From: Oscillospiraceae bacterium
Lineage (GTDB): Bacteria; Bacillota; Clostridia; UBA1212; SIG427
Direction of reading: 5' to 3'
Assembly: GCA_015069135.1 (NCBI GenBank)
Contig: SVJE01000002.1
Location: 105,953 to 169,952, forward strand
DNA: 64,000 nucleotides
Shown: positions 36,892-47,808 of the stretch, in pieces
Numbering within the stretch: position 1 is the first letter of the stretch
Layout: each line of letters opens with the position of its first letter
The notes under the pieces: model-generated
What the model was told of the DNA's origin: nothing
The model's database searches: none
Seen by the model: only the letters and a program-made list of their open reading frames with translations
Program-made: the position numbers and the translations under genes

Positions 36892-37614
36892 ATGTCAGGA
36901 CATTCTAAATGGGCTAACATTAAAAATAAAAAGGGTAAAGCAGATGCTGCGAAAGGTAAGATATTTACTAAAATTGGTAGAGAAATTCAGATTGCAGTTA
37001 AATCAGGCGGACCGGACCCTGCATCAAATAGTAAATTGAAGGATGTAATTGCAAAGGCAAAAGCCGCAAACATTCCTAATGATAATATACAGAGAAGTAT
37101 TAAGAAAGCCATCGGCGAAGGTTCTAACGATAATATTGAAGAGGTGGTATACGAAGGTTACGGTCCTGCAGGTGTTGCAGTTATTGTTGAGGCTGTTACA
37201 GATAACAGAAACAGAACAGCAGCAGAAATAAGACACATCTTTGATAAAAACGGCGGAAACTTGGGAGCTACAGGTTGTGTTTCTTTTATGTTTGATAAAA
37301 AGGGCATGATTGTTGTAGAAAAGAGCGACAGTGTAGACGAAGATACATTAATGATGGATGCTTTGGATTGTGGTGCAGATGACTTTAGTAGTGAAGATGA
37401 AGTATATGAAATTATTACTGATCCGGTTAGCTTCTCTTCAGTAAGAGATGCTTTAGAAGAAAAAGGGTATACTTTTGTAGAAGCAGAAGTAAGCATGATT
37501 CCTCAAAACTATGTAAAGCTTGAAGAAGAACAGGCTACTAAATTTGAGAAACTTCTTGATATGTTGGATGATAACGATGATGTAATGGAAGTTTATCATA
37601 ACTGGGAAGAATAA
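36892..37614 (+). CDS. yebC: YebC/PmpR family DNA-binding transcriptional regulator
   Basis: The N-terminus [27 protein letters not shown] is diagnostic. GGAGG RBS. Intrinsic terminator at 37637-37670. Confidence 0.85.
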   Translation: MSGHSKWANIKNKKGKADAAKGKIFTKIGREIQIAVKSGGPDPASNSKLKDVIAKAKAANIPNDNIQRSIKKAIGEGSNDNIEEVVYEGYGPAGVAVIVEAVTDNRNRTAAEIRHIFDKNGGNLGATGCVSFMFDKKGMIVVEKSDSVDEDTLMMDALDCGADDFSSEDEVYEIITDPVSFSSVRDALEEKGYTFVEAEVSMIPQNYVKLEEEQATKFEKLLDMLDDNDDVMEVYHNWEE

Positions 37615-37682
37615 TATCTGAATAAAGGTAAAATTAAAGCCTCGCCTGATTAAAAGGCGAGGCTTTTTTGTGCGTTAAAAAA

Positions 37683-38120
37683 TCAGGTCCAGCTTCCACC
37701 GTTACCGTTGCTGAAACTGTCTATATCAAAACTACCTGAACTGAAAATATCCCCGAACATTTCGTAAAGGTACTCTGCCCAAAATACGGAAATTATAAGG
37801 CTGATAATTCCAAGTACAATACCAATGGCGCCAAAAATAATTCCCAGCTTAGCGAAAGTGGTTTTCTTTCCTGTTTCACAATCAGGCTTTGCAACGCATC
37901 CTAAAATAAGACCTACCACTGCAGGCGCAAGAGAAGCGCCGGCTGTGCCTATAATACCACAAATCATAGCAGCAAGACCAAGTCCATCCAGCTTTTTCTT
38001 AGGTGATGTCTGTGGCATTATATTCTGTGCCTGAGATTCCGGCATAACAAAAGCTGGCTGTGATGAAGTTTCCACTTCAGGGGTTTCCTGGTAATCGGGG
38101 GTGTTGTTTATATCGTCCAT
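37683..38120 (-). CDS. DUF4190-like small membrane protein with a Pro/Gln-rich N-terminus
   Basis: Two TM helices (LGLAAMICGIIG... and GIIFGAIGIVLGIISLI). Confidence 0.35.
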   Translation of the reverse strand: MDDINNTPDYQETPEVETSSQPAFVMPESQAQNIMPQTSPKKKLDGLGLAAMICGIIGTAGASLAPAVVGLILGCVAKPDCETGKKTTFAKLGIIFGAIGIVLGIISLIISVFWAEYLYEMFGDIFSSGSFDIDSFSNGNGGSWT

Positions 38121-38232
38121 AAAATCGCTCCTTGCATAATTAATTACTTAAATATATATTAAATCTTGGGAAAATAATAGTCAAGAGAGTAGTTTTAGGA
38201 TATACTGAAATAAAAAGTAGGAGGAGTAAGTT

Positions 38233-39081
38233 ATGAAAAATGCTCTGTTAACATTTGCAGGTTCATTAATAGCAGCTTTTGCACTGATAGTATTTTTAGT
38301 TCCTTATGGTTTTGCCCCCGGTGGAATATCTGGTCTCGCCATTATAATAAACATGCTTACAAAAGGCGTGGTGCCTGTAGGTATAGCCGTCATAGTAATG
38401 AATATTCCTTTGTTTATAATAGGATATATTAAGCTTGGTAAAATCTTTATTATAAAAAGTATGGCAGGCACATTACTTTTCTCTGCTCTTACAAGTATCG
38501 GAGAGTTTTTTATAGAACCGGAGATGTTCTACAGAGGTGAAGTTGATATTTTGACTGCTTTATACGGAGGACTGTTATTCGGTCTGGGACTTGGCCTGAT
38601 ATTCAAAGGAGGTTCAACTACCGGTGGCACAGACATTGTAGCACGAGTTATTCACGGTAAAATGGCCTGGCTTACAATAGGTCAGATTGTGCTTATATTT
38701 GATGTTATTTTATTGGTGATTGTAGCCCTGGTAAACAGAGACGTTACAATTGCCATGTATTCAGGCATTGTGGTATTTGTATGTTCAAAAGTAATAGATG
38801 TAGTTGAAGGCGGTATAAATTATGCAAAACAGGTGTATATCATTTTACCGGGGGATATGTCTGTGGAGGATTTTACACATGAAGTTATGGGTAAAATGTC
38901 CCGTGGAATCACAAAACTGGAGGCTATTGGTATGCACAGAGGAAAGACCGTTCAGGTACTTCTTTGTGTAGTTGGAAACCGACAGCTTTCGAGACTAAGG
39001 GAAGTAATTAAATTGTATGCTCCCGGTGCTTTTGTTATTGTAAGTGATGTAAGAGAAATACAGGGAGAATGGGAGAAATAA
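38233..39081 (+). CDS. YitT family membrane protein (DUF161 plus DUF2179)
   Basis: The N-terminus LIVFLVPYGFAPGGISGLAIIIN is characteristic of this family. GGAGGAG RBS. Confidence 0.65.
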   Translation: MKNALLTFAGSLIAAFALIVFLVPYGFAPGGISGLAIIINMLTKGVVPVGIAVIVMNIPLFIIGYIKLGKIFIIKSMAGTLLFSALTSIGEFFIEPEMFYRGEVDILTALYGGLLFGLGLGLIFKGGSTTGGTDIVARVIHGKMAWLTIGQIVLIFDVILLVIVALVNRDVTIAMYSGIVVFVCSKVIDVVEGGINYAKQVYIILPGDMSVEDFTHEVMGKMSRGITKLEAIGMHRGKTVQVLLCVVGNRQLSRLREVIKLYAPGAFVIVSDVREIQGEWEK

Positions 39082-39147
39082 AGTTTTACTTTCTAATATA
39101 AATAATGTATAATTACGTGGACAAAATTAAATTCGGAGGCATTAAGT

Positions 39148-39591
39148 ATGTATGCAATAGGAAATGATCATACAGGTGTTGCTCTTAAAGAAATTGTAAT
39201 TAAGTTTCTTGAAGAGAAAGGCATCCAGGTAAAGGACTTTGGTACACAGTCTACAGAAGCCAGTAACTATCCTGAAATAGCTGAAGCAGTATCTAATTCT
39301 GTTGTGTCAGGAGAATGTGAAAGAGGTATTCTCATTTGTGGCACAGGTGTAGGAATGTCAATTGCTGCTAATAAGGTTAAAGGAATCAGAGCTTTGGTAT
39401 GTAGTGAGCCTTTTTCAGCTAAGCTTTCAAAACAGCACAACAACTCAAATATTCTTTGCTTTGGTGCAAGGGTAGTAGGTAGTGAAATGGCTAAAATGAT
39501 AGTTGAAAACTGGGTAGATGCTGAATATCAGGGTGGCAGACATCAGACTCGTGTTGATATGATAACTGATATTGAAAAAAGACAGAAATAA
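39148..39591 (+). CDS. rpiB: Ribose-5-phosphate isomerase B
   Basis: MYAIGNDHTGVALK...ILICGTGVGMSIAANK. Confidence 0.85.
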   Translation: MYAIGNDHTGVALKEIVIKFLEEKGIQVKDFGTQSTEASNYPEIAEAVSNSVVSGECERGILICGTGVGMSIAANKVKGIRALVCSEPFSAKLSKQHNNSNILCFGARVVGSEMAKMIVENWVDAEYQGGRHQTRVDMITDIEKRQK

Positions 39592-39643
39592 GAATATAAT
39601 TATAATACCAATGGGTAATTTGTTGAATTGGAGGAATTAATGT

Positions 39644-40486
39644 ATGGACAAGCAAAAAAAGCTTGATTTAATGAAAAAAGCAACATGCATCAGAAAGTAC
39701 ATAATTGATGAAGTATTTTCTGCTAAATCCGGACATCCCGGTGGTTCACTTTCATGTACAGATATTTTAACAGTATTGTACTTTGATGAGATGAACGTTG
39801 ATGTTAAGAATCCTAAGTGGGAAGATCGTGACAGATTTGTATTATCAAAAGGTCACTGTGCTCCTGCTTTGTATGCTACTTTAGCAAGCAAAGGTTTCTT
39901 CCCTGTGGAAGACCTTAATACATTGAGAAAGACAGACAGCTACTTAGAAGGTCACCCAAGCATGACTTATGTTCCGGGTGTTGATATGTCCACAGGTTCT
40001 TTGGGACAGGGTATATCTGCTGCTGTTGGTATGGCAATTGCCGGAAAATTAGATGAAAAGTCTTACCGTGTTTATTCAATCTTAGGTGATGGTGAGATTC
40101 AGGAAGGTCAGGTTTGGGAAGCTGCTATGGCTGCTGCTCACTATAAGCTTGATAACCTGGTAGCATTTGTTGACCACAATGGTCTTCAGATTGACGGTGC
40201 AACAGCTGATGTTATGAATCCAAATCCTGTAGCTGACAAGTTTGAAGCTTTCGGTTGGAATGTAATCGTTGTTGATGGTCATGACGTTGAAGCGATTAAG
40301 AATGCTGTTGACCAGGCTAAGACTGTAAAAGGTAAGCCTACAATGGTAGTTTGCGAAACAGTTAAAGGCAAGGGTGTTTCCTTCATGGAGAACAACTGCG
40401 ATTGGCATGGTACTGCTCCTAAACAGGAACAGAGAGACCAGGCTATCGCTGAGCTTGATGCATACCTTGCAGAATTGGAGGCGTAA
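39644..40486 (+). CDS. Transketolase, N-terminal (TPP-binding) subunit
   Basis: [13 protein letters not shown]...[14 protein letters not shown] (TPP motif). This is a split tkt. Confidence 0.85.
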   Translation: MDKQKKLDLMKKATCIRKYIIDEVFSAKSGHPGGSLSCTDILTVLYFDEMNVDVKNPKWEDRDRFVLSKGHCAPALYATLASKGFFPVEDLNTLRKTDSYLEGHPSMTYVPGVDMSTGSLGQGISAAVGMAIAGKLDEKSYRVYSILGDGEIQEGQVWEAAMAAAHYKLDNLVAFVDHNGLQIDGATADVMNPNPVADKFEAFGWNVIVVDGHDVEAIKNAVDQAKTVKGKPTMVVCETVKGKGVSFMENNCDWHGTAPKQEQRDQAIAELDAYLAELEA

Positions 40487-40488
40487 TT

Positions 40489-41430
40489 ATGGGTAAGATT
40501 GCAACTAGAGACGCTTACGGTCAGGCTTTAGTGGAATACGGAAAAGACAATAAGAATATAGTAGTTCTTGATGCTGACCTTGCAAAAGCTACAAAAACAA
40601 TTACATTTAAGAAAGAAGTTCCTGAAAGATTCTTTGATATGGGTATTGCCGAAGGCAACATGATGACAGTTGCAGCAGGTATGGCAACAACAGGTAAGAT
40701 TGTATTTGCCAGCACATTTGCTATGTTTGCTTCTGCAAGAGCTTGCGAGCAGATCAGAAACTCTATCTGCTATCCAAAGCTCAATGTTAAAGTAGCAGCT
40801 ACACACGCTGGTCTTACTGTTGGTGAAGACGGTGCTTCTCACCAGTGTATCGAAGATATCGCTCTTATGAGAGCTCTTCCTAACATGACTGTAATCAGTC
40901 CTTGTGATGGTCTGGAAGCCAACAGAGCTATCAAAGCAGCTATCGAATATGATGGTCCTGTATATATCAGACTTGGTAGAGCTGCAGTTGAAGATGTATT
41001 TGATGCTGAAACATATAACTTTGAACTTGGTAAAGGTATTCAGGTTAAAGATGGTAAAGACGTTACATTGGTAGCTACAGGTATCATGGTTCAGGAGTCT
41101 ATTAAAGCTGCTGAAATGCTTAAAGAAGAGGGTATTGATGCAAGAGTAATCAACATCCACACAATTAAGCCAATTGATAAAGATATCTTGATTAAGGCTT
41201 CTAATGAAACAGGTGCTATCGTAACAGCTGAAGAGCACAATATCTCCGGCGGTTTGGGAAGTGCAGTTGCAGAGGTTATTTGCCAGAACGCACCATGCCC
41301 AATCAAGATGGTGGCTGTAAACGAGAAGTTTGGTACTTCCGGTTCTCCTGCAGAATTGCTTGAGAAGTACGGCCTCACAGCAAAAGATATAGTTGCAAAG
41401 GCTAAAGAAGCTATTGCAGCTAAAAAATAA
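40489..41430 (+). CDS. Transketolase, C-terminal (pyrimidine-binding) subunit
   Basis: Follows the N-terminal subunit 3 bp downstream. FDMGIAEGNMMTVAAG motif. Confidence 0.85.
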   Translation: MGKIATRDAYGQALVEYGKDNKNIVVLDADLAKATKTITFKKEVPERFFDMGIAEGNMMTVAAGMATTGKIVFASTFAMFASARACEQIRNSICYPKLNVKVAATHAGLTVGEDGASHQCIEDIALMRALPNMTVISPCDGLEANRAIKAAIEYDGPVYIRLGRAAVEDVFDAETYNFELGKGIQVKDGKDVTLVATGIMVQESIKAAEMLKEEGIDARVINIHTIKPIDKDILIKASNETGAIVTAEEHNISGGLGSAVAEVICQNAPCPIKMVAVNEKFGTSGSPAELLEKYGLTAKDIVAKAKEAIAAKK

Positions 41431-41455
41431 TATTTTTAATATTAGGAGGAAAGAC

Positions 41456-42262
41456 ATGTTAAAGAAAGTTTTAGTAATGTTATTGGCAGCTTTAATGTTA
41501 TTCAGCTGCGTTGCATGTGACAATGACAAACCTGCAGATCCTACTCCGGAGCCAACTCCTGTACTTACAGGCGATCCTTTGATTGACAATTTGTTTTTCA
41601 ATGCTGACTTCTCAAAGGGGACAATTGAAGATGCTACAGGCAACTCAAAGGGTACACAGAATCTTGGCGAAGCAGGAACTCTTGAATTTGTTGATGATGA
41701 AGAAGCTGGTAAAGTAGTAAATCTTAAAGGCTCATGGATTACTTATGATGTAGACCTTTCAAGAATGGGTAAGACATTCACTATGGAAGCATATGTTAAG
41801 ACAAAGAGACAGACAGCTTTTGGTGTTATCTGTGGTACATATTGGGATGCTGACAAGGCTGGTGTAAGCTTTATCACAGGTATGTTCCCTGATCCTATTA
41901 AACCATTCGGAAGCCTTACAGGTTTATCAACAGTTGTTGGTTCTATGATGTCTAAGAGATCAGTTGAAATGGGTAGATTCCGTGAATGGAACCATTTAGT
42001 ATTTGTTCACGATGGTGAAAACAGAAAAGATTATTTCTATCTGAATGGTGTGCCTGTTGAAGGCTATGAAGAAGGTGCAGCAACTACTGTAACAACAATG
42101 AAGCACAGTGCAGCTTGCGGTGGCTTTAATGTTGGTGCATACAATGCTATCGGTCAGTTCTCTTGTGAGGATTTAAGCCTTTCATTTGTAAGAATGTACG
42201 ACTTCGCAGCAGATAGTGCCACAATAACAAAATTGTACGAAGCTTGTCCTAAAGCAGAGTAG
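41456..42262 (+). CDS. Lipoprotein with a LamG/concanavalin-A-like jelly-roll domain
   Basis: Signal peptide with a lipobox (LFSC). Paralogous to 42974..44077 (FTMEAYV...ICGTYW / FTVEAYV...ICGTTW). AGGAGGA RBS. Bidirectional terminator at 42287-42320. Confidence 0.45.
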   Translation: MLKKVLVMLLAALMLFSCVACDNDKPADPTPEPTPVLTGDPLIDNLFFNADFSKGTIEDATGNSKGTQNLGEAGTLEFVDDEEAGKVVNLKGSWITYDVDLSRMGKTFTMEAYVKTKRQTAFGVICGTYWDADKAGVSFITGMFPDPIKPFGSLTGLSTVVGSMMSKRSVEMGRFREWNHLVFVHDGENRKDYFYLNGVPVEGYEEGAATTVTTMKHSAACGGFNVGAYNAIGQFSCEDLSLSFVRMYDFAADSATITKLYEACPKAE

Positions 42263-42337
42263 TTTCTGTAAAAAGCAAAATTAATAAAAGCGACATCTTG
42301 TTGAGAGATGTCGCTTTTTTGATAAGATTGTATTGTT

Positions 42338-42814
42338 TTAATCCGGATATTTTAATGAAGGATTCTCTGAACGTAACACGTTATTAAGATATTTATCAGC
42401 CAAATAACGAGCCATAGGCAAATTCAAGTCCAGGTAATTTCCACAGTCTCTGGCAGAGGCACCGGGAATATCTCCTTCGTAAGAGGCTATGAATGCGTAC
42501 ATTTCTTTCATTATTGGTAAAATGTTTTCTGAAGTATAATCCCCTTCGAATATTACATAAAAACCTGTACGGCAGCCCATAGGACCAAAATATACAGTTT
42601 TTTCTTTCCAATCAGCATGGTTACGTAAAAAAGTAGCTCCAAGATGCTCAATTGTGTGTATTTCAGCTGTGTTCATAACGGGTTCTTTGTTTGGTGTTGT
42701 CATTCTCAAATCAAAAGTAGTAAGAACTACATCTTTAAATTTATCTTTTCTTGATACATAAATTCCTGGATTAAGTTCCAGATGATTTACTGTGAAACTT
42801 GCTATTTTATTCAT
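42338..42814 (-). CDS. luxS: S-ribosylhomocysteine lyase
   Basis: HTIEHL metal-binding motif, typical length, and a conserved N-terminus. Confidence 0.9.
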   Translation of the reverse strand: MNKIASFTVNHLELNPGIYVSRKDKFKDVVLTTFDLRMTTPNKEPVMNTAEIHTIEHLGATFLRNHADWKEKTVYFGPMGCRTGFYVIFEGDYTSENILPIMKEMYAFIASYEGDIPGASARDCGNYLDLNLPMARYLADKYLNNVLRSENPSLKYPD

Positions 42815-42973
42815 AAATATATCCTCCCCTTAAGATTGATTCAGTATACAACAAAAACTGTAAAAAAGTCTATAGAAAAATTAAGAGGAAAATACAGGAA
42901 ATGATTATTTAATAGTTGACAGCAAGAAAAAAAAACAGTAATATAGAATAAGATAATTTTATGGAGGTTATTG

Positions 42974-44077
42974 ATGATGATTAAGAAATTAATTACTATA
43001 GTTTTGGCAGTAGCTTTGCTCTGTACAGCTTTTGTTCTTCCTTCATATGCAGAGGAAGAAGCATCTCTTAAGGATATGTTGCTGTTTAGTGTTGACTACA
43101 GAACAGGGGATGCAAAAGACAGAGTTACAGGAAGTGAACCAACATTCCCACAGGTTCCTTCAATTAAAGATGAAAACGGCCAGGATGCATATGTAACAGA
43201 GATGGTTTATGTTGATGATGCAACTTTGGGTTCAAAGGTTGCTCATTTTAACGGAACATATTCTGTAGGTTATCCTATTGATCACAGCAAACTTGGAAGT
43301 AACTTTACAGTTGAAGCTTATGTTATGTTAGGTCAGGGACAGAGCCGTTGGGGTATGATATGCGGAACAACATGGATGCAGGGACAGATTGCTGTAAATG
43401 GTTTCAGCCTTTGCACAGCTAATATGCCTCTTGATGGTATTAAAAGTGATAAATTTGATACACCTGATACTGACAGAAATAAGAGTAACTATGTTGGACA
43501 CCCAAGAAAATATTTGTATTCATGGAACATAGGTAATGGCGCAGAGGGTTGTATCAACTATGGTTTCCCGGGAACAGGTAAAGCAGCGGAAGCTCTTGCA
43601 GCTAAGGGCAAGTGGATACATATGGTTTATACTCATGATGGTGCTAATGAGCAGTTATATGTTGATGGTGTTAAGGTTGTTGACCAGGAAGCAAGAATTC
43701 CTGAGATTACTCATGACACAAGTAACGAGATGGCTGAGCTCTTCCGTATCGGTGGATATAACTGGGCTAACAACTGGGACTTGGATGATGGTTACGTCGC
43801 ATATGTAAATGTTTACGAAGTAGCTCTTTCCGGTGAAGATGAAGCTAAGGAATTATATGATAATAGAGGCACATCTGTAGATGGTGTTCCTTCTAAGCCA
43901 CTTCCATCAGACGATCCATCAGATCCAGCAGATCCTGAAGCTACAAAAGCTCCTGCAACTGCAAAGCCAACAGAGGCTCCAAAGCAGGACAATACACAGA
44001 CTTTTGACTTAGGTCTCGTATCTTTGGCAGCAGTTGCTCTTTCTTCTGCAGTTGTTGTAAAAAAGAAAAGAAAATAA
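42974..44077 (+). CDS. Secreted LamG-like domain protein with a PT-rich linker and a C-terminal membrane anchor (paralogue of 41456..42262)
   Basis: Signal peptide. C-terminal TM helix plus a KKKRK tail. GGAGG RBS. Terminator at 44105-44134. Confidence 0.45.
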   Translation: MMIKKLITIVLAVALLCTAFVLPSYAEEEASLKDMLLFSVDYRTGDAKDRVTGSEPTFPQVPSIKDENGQDAYVTEMVYVDDATLGSKVAHFNGTYSVGYPIDHSKLGSNFTVEAYVMLGQGQSRWGMICGTTWMQGQIAVNGFSLCTANMPLDGIKSDKFDTPDTDRNKSNYVGHPRKYLYSWNIGNGAEGCINYGFPGTGKAAEALAAKGKWIHMVYTHDGANEQLYVDGVKVVDQEARIPEITHDTSNEMAELFRIGGYNWANNWDLDDGYVAYVNVYEVALSGEDEAKELYDNRGTSVDGVPSKPLPSDDPSDPADPEATKAPATAKPTEAPKQDNTQTFDLGLVSLAAVALSSAVVVKKKRK

Positions 44078-44214
44078 TTAAACACTAACAAAAGTTGTTT
44101 ATTACTCCGCTTGGTTTCAAGCGGAGTTTTTTTGTCTAAAGAGGTATTGACACAACCAGTACATTTGCTTATTATTTAAGTAACCAAATATGATGTAAAG
44201 AAAGGTTAATAAAG

Positions 44215-45831
44215 ATGAAAAGAAAATTAATTATCTTGTCAACATTAGTTCTGGCTGCTGTAATGCTGTGCACTTCATGTGGCTACAGAGCACCTGAAGA
44301 AACAGTGGCGCCGGTAATTACACCGAAGCCATTAGATGCTCAGTCATCTCCAGATGATGATGGTGCTGCTTTTGATTATCAGGTAAGTGGTACAATTACA
44401 GACCATATGGTATTACAAAGAAATCAGTATATTAATGTATATGGTACATCTGACAAAGTTGGTGGTATTGTATACGCTGATTTCAAAGGCGAAACTCGTT
44501 GGGCAAAAGTAGATGAAAATGGTAAGTGGCATATTCAGTTTAATCCACAGGCAGCGTCCAAAGAAGCTACCGAATTGGTTGTTTACAACAAGGCTCAGGG
44601 TGCTGATGGTGGTGTGAAATATACTGATATACTTATCGGTGATGTATGGATGGTAGCAGGTCAGTCTAATGCTCAGGTTGCATTGGAAAGCACTTTGGAC
44701 AACAACCCTGATTTTATTAATACAATAAGTGCTGATGACAATATCAGAGTATTTACACAGTGGTATTGGGATTTCGTTGGTACATATTTTGTTGACGATG
44801 AAACAGCTGTATATCAGAAAGCTATAGAGAAAAAAGAGATGGATAATCCTCCTGCAAACGTTAAGTGGCAGAATGCTTCTGATAAGTATAAAGACGAAGA
44901 GGGTAATGAGAAATATTATGCACAGGGATTCTCTGCAGTAGGTTACTATTTTGCTAAAAAAGTTGCCGACGAGACAGATGTGCCGATTGGTATGATTCAG
45001 GCTCCTGCAGGTGGTGCAGGTCTCCACGCATTTATTCCAATGGATAAGAATCCTGAAGCAAAAGGCGTAAGTATATTTGAAGAATCCGACGTATATAACT
45101 GTTTGATGGCTCCGTTTGCTAAAACAAGTATCGCTGGTATGTTGTGGTATCAGGGTGAAGCAAATGAATCTGCTTATTATACATATGCTGAAGATTTAAA
45201 AGGCTTTATTGGTGATATGAGAGATATCTGGGGCGAGAACATGCCATTCTACAATGTACAGATTACTTCTCATAATGATGCTGCTGGTTCATGGCCAAAT
45301 ATTCAGGAAATCCGCTATGAGCAGGCTGAGCTTATAGGTGAAGTTGATAACTATTACCTTGCTTGTACTATGGACTATGGCTCAAACTCTTTAGATACAG
45401 ACTGGGCACATCCAAGAAACAAGAAGCATATAGGCGATAGATTAGGCTATATTGCTTTGTCACAGTATTATGGTGTAGAAGAGTTTTCTCTTGAAGATTA
45501 TGGCAGCCCTGCAGTTGCAAAAGTTGAAATTAAAGGTGACGAGGCTAAAGTTTACTTTAAGTATGTAGGTGATGGATTAAAGACATCTGACGGTAGCGAT
45601 AAAGTAGGCGGTTTCTATTCCAAGTCTGCAGGTCAGTATCTGGAAGCAGAGATTGTTGGTAAAAACTGTGTTAAGGTTAAATTAGTTGACCGTGCCGGTT
45701 ATAGCATTACAGGCGAAAGCTTCAGATTAGTATATGGTACAGGTGCTATGGCAGACCAGACAACATGTAACTTACAGAACAGCAATGGTATCGGTGCAGT
45801 TTCCTTTGCATATACACACATTGTTGAATAA
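44215..45831 (+). CDS. Lipoprotein, sialate O-acetylesterase / SGNH-like carbohydrate esterase (DUF303) family
   Basis: Lipobox LCTSC. ILIGDVWMVAGQSNAQ motif. Terminator at 45856-45890. Confidence 0.5.
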   Translation: MKRKLIILSTLVLAAVMLCTSCGYRAPEETVAPVITPKPLDAQSSPDDDGAAFDYQVSGTITDHMVLQRNQYINVYGTSDKVGGIVYADFKGETRWAKVDENGKWHIQFNPQAASKEATELVVYNKAQGADGGVKYTDILIGDVWMVAGQSNAQVALESTLDNNPDFINTISADDNIRVFTQWYWDFVGTYFVDDETAVYQKAIEKKEMDNPPANVKWQNASDKYKDEEGNEKYYAQGFSAVGYYFAKKVADETDVPIGMIQAPAGGAGLHAFIPMDKNPEAKGVSIFEESDVYNCLMAPFAKTSIAGMLWYQGEANESAYYTYAEDLKGFIGDMRDIWGENMPFYNVQITSHNDAAGSWPNIQEIRYEQAELIGEVDNYYLACTMDYGSNSLDTDWAHPRNKKHIGDRLGYIALSQYYGVEEFSLEDYGSPAVAKVEIKGDEAKVYFKYVGDGLKTSDGSDKVGGFYSKSAGQYLEAEIVGKNCVKVKLVDRAGYSITGESFRLVYGTGAMADQTTCNLQNSNGIGAVSFAYTHIVE

Positions 45832-45919
45832 CATACAACAGAAATAATTAGCAATAAAGCTGTCTCGGAATAACCGAGGCAGCTTTTTAACGTGTGAATA
45901 CTTTTATTAAGTCGCAACA

Positions 45920-47482
45920 TTATTTTCTTTCCAACAAGAAAAATCTATATGTTTCAAAAATATCATCAGCAACTTTTATTATTTTATAATTTTCAAAGAG
46001 AGTTTCGTATTCAACGCCTCTTTCTTTCATTTCCTTTTCAATACTTTTAGTCTTCCATGTGCGGATTACTACGTAATCAACTGCTTTTTCATTTATTAAT
46101 GAAAGCTGTTCTTCATACATTTCAGGGAAGGCCTCTTCAGGTATATTGACCTTACAGAAAAATTTATTTTCGGGTTCATAGCCTGATGCTAAGTAGAAAC
46201 CACCATCAATAAAACCATAATTGAGAACGGAAGCATCTGGCGTTTGGTTTATGATATCAGCAAAAATATATTGCGGATATTGGTTCCTGCTTTTACCGTA
46301 GTATGGGAAAGGATTGGCTGCGAGAATGACATAGGAAAGTATCAATATACTACACAATGTTACAGGCAATATTTTACCTTTTTTTTGGGTAAGACAATGA
46401 TAGCCTTTCATTATCCACATATCAGGCATAGATCGTATACAGTCTATTACGTAAATAACACCAAAAAGTACAAAAGGTACAGCTATAAGCATGTAATAGT
46501 CGTAGCGGACTCCTCCAATATAGGTCATAAGGTAAAGAGTAAGAAAAGTAACCGGTACAGATAATCGACCAAAAACAGAAGAGAAATATTTCTTGGTTAT
46601 TCCAAATCCGATTACTCCTACCGCAATTAGTACAACTGCAAGAGGATTTCTGCCCAGATCATGGGTGATAAACCCTTCAACAGCAGTGAGGAAACCACCA
46701 GAATTTCCAGATGCGTTGGAATAAAGGAAAATATTATTATAGAAATATGTTTCAAACCATATACTTATAGAGTTGTTAATTCCAAAATAGATTAACCAGG
46801 GAATAGTGGTAAGAGCCATACCGCCTAAGTAAACGAAACAACTTACAAAAGCCTGACTGAATTTTTTAACAGATACAAGTGCAAAGAAAATCAATGCCAT
46901 CCATGCAATCCAGAAGCCCAGTTGGGTAAACTTTATCCACAGTACACAACCTGCAAGAAGGCCGTTGCCTAATATAACTTTGTAATTTATTAAATCAGTT
47001 CTGAGCCGGGATTTGTCGGAAGCTTTGAAAAATCTCAACAGATAATACAGACTGACAATTAAAAATGTAAAACAGTATTCTTCAGCGTTATCACCGGATT
47101 TAAAACAATATGTGGTACAGCAAACTGCTCCGGCTATTATGGAGGACAGATATGCCGGTGTACTTCCTGTAAAAAGTCTGGCTATCTTATACATAAAGTA
47201 AATTGCCACAGCAAAAAAGATAACTTCAAGTATAAAGATACCGATGAACGAAGAATCATCAATAAGAGCCCCAAAAGCATGCATAAAATAAATAAGAGGC
47301 CCTTTGTGTTCAAATAAATCTCTGTAAGGAACTTTTCCCTCTAAAATACCACGTCCAAGAGTATGGAAAATGTTCTGATCCACCCTGCTGTGAATAGGAA
47401 ACAAAAAGGAGGCCATAGAGCAGAATGTCATATACAAAAATGATGTAATAAGTGCAAAAAAATGAACTTTGAATTTTTTCAT
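45920..47482 (-). CDS. GT-C fold membrane glycosyltransferase (GT39/ArnT/PMT-like)
   Basis: Polytopic membrane protein with an N-terminal loop YRDLFEHKGPLIYFMHAFGAL. GGGAG RBS before the ATG at 47482. Confidence 0.45.
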   Translation of the reverse strand: MKKFKVHFFALITSFLYMTFCSMASFLFPIHSRVDQNIFHTLGRGILEGKVPYRDLFEHKGPLIYFMHAFGALIDDSSFIGIFILEVIFFAVAIYFMYKIARLFTGSTPAYLSSIIAGAVCCTTYCFKSGDNAEEYCFTFLIVSLYYLLRFFKASDKSRLRTDLINYKVILGNGLLAGCVLWIKFTQLGFWIAWMALIFFALVSVKKFSQAFVSCFVYLGGMALTTIPWLIYFGINNSISIWFETYFYNNIFLYSNASGNSGGFLTAVEGFITHDLGRNPLAVVLIAVGVIGFGITKKYFSSVFGRLSVPVTFLTLYLMTYIGGVRYDYYMLIAVPFVLFGVIYVIDCIRSMPDMWIMKGYHCLTQKKGKILPVTLCSILILSYVILAANPFPYYGKSRNQYPQYIFADIINQTPDASVLNYGFIDGGFYLASGYEPENKFFCKVNIPEEAFPEMYEEQLSLINEKAVDYVVIRTWKTKSIEKEMKERGVEYETLFENYKIIKVADDIFETYRFFLLERK

Positions 47483-47499
47483 ATTACAGCTCCCATTTA

Positions 47500-47793
47500 T
47501 TACAAACAAAAATCATATGCTCCCTTTTTGCTGTTTCGACGGAATAAAACAATACGTGTTCCTATTACTTGTACTACGTCGCAGTCAACCTGAGAAGAAA
47601 TTTCATCTGCAATTTCTCTTGAAGTTAACTCTTGATTATTAAGAACCCTGATCTTAATCATTTCTCTGGCTGTGAGTGCATCGTCAATCTGTTTAAGGAG
47701 AGTATCTCCGATACCATCTTTACCAACCTGTAAAATAGTTTCCATGTCATTTGCCTGACTTCTTAGTTTGGCTCTCTGTTTACTTGTCAGCAT
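47500..47793 (-). CDS. yhbY: RNA-binding ribosome-assembly protein YhbY (CRM domain)
   Basis: MLTSKQRAKLRSQANDMETILQVGKDGIGDTLLKQIDDAL. Confidence 0.75.
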   Translation of the reverse strand: MLTSKQRAKLRSQANDMETILQVGKDGIGDTLLKQIDDALTAREMIKIRVLNNQELTSREIADEISSQVDCDVVQVIGTRIVLFRRNSKKGAYDFCL

Positions 47794-47808
47794 AATTTCA
47801 ATTCCTTT

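Noticed and set aside
40528-41643. 371-aa minus-strand ORF antisense to the transketolase C-terminal subunit
   Set aside because: Cys/Phe/Asn-rich low-complexity translation with no RBS, fully embedded in a strongly supported tkt gene. It is a chance antisense frame.
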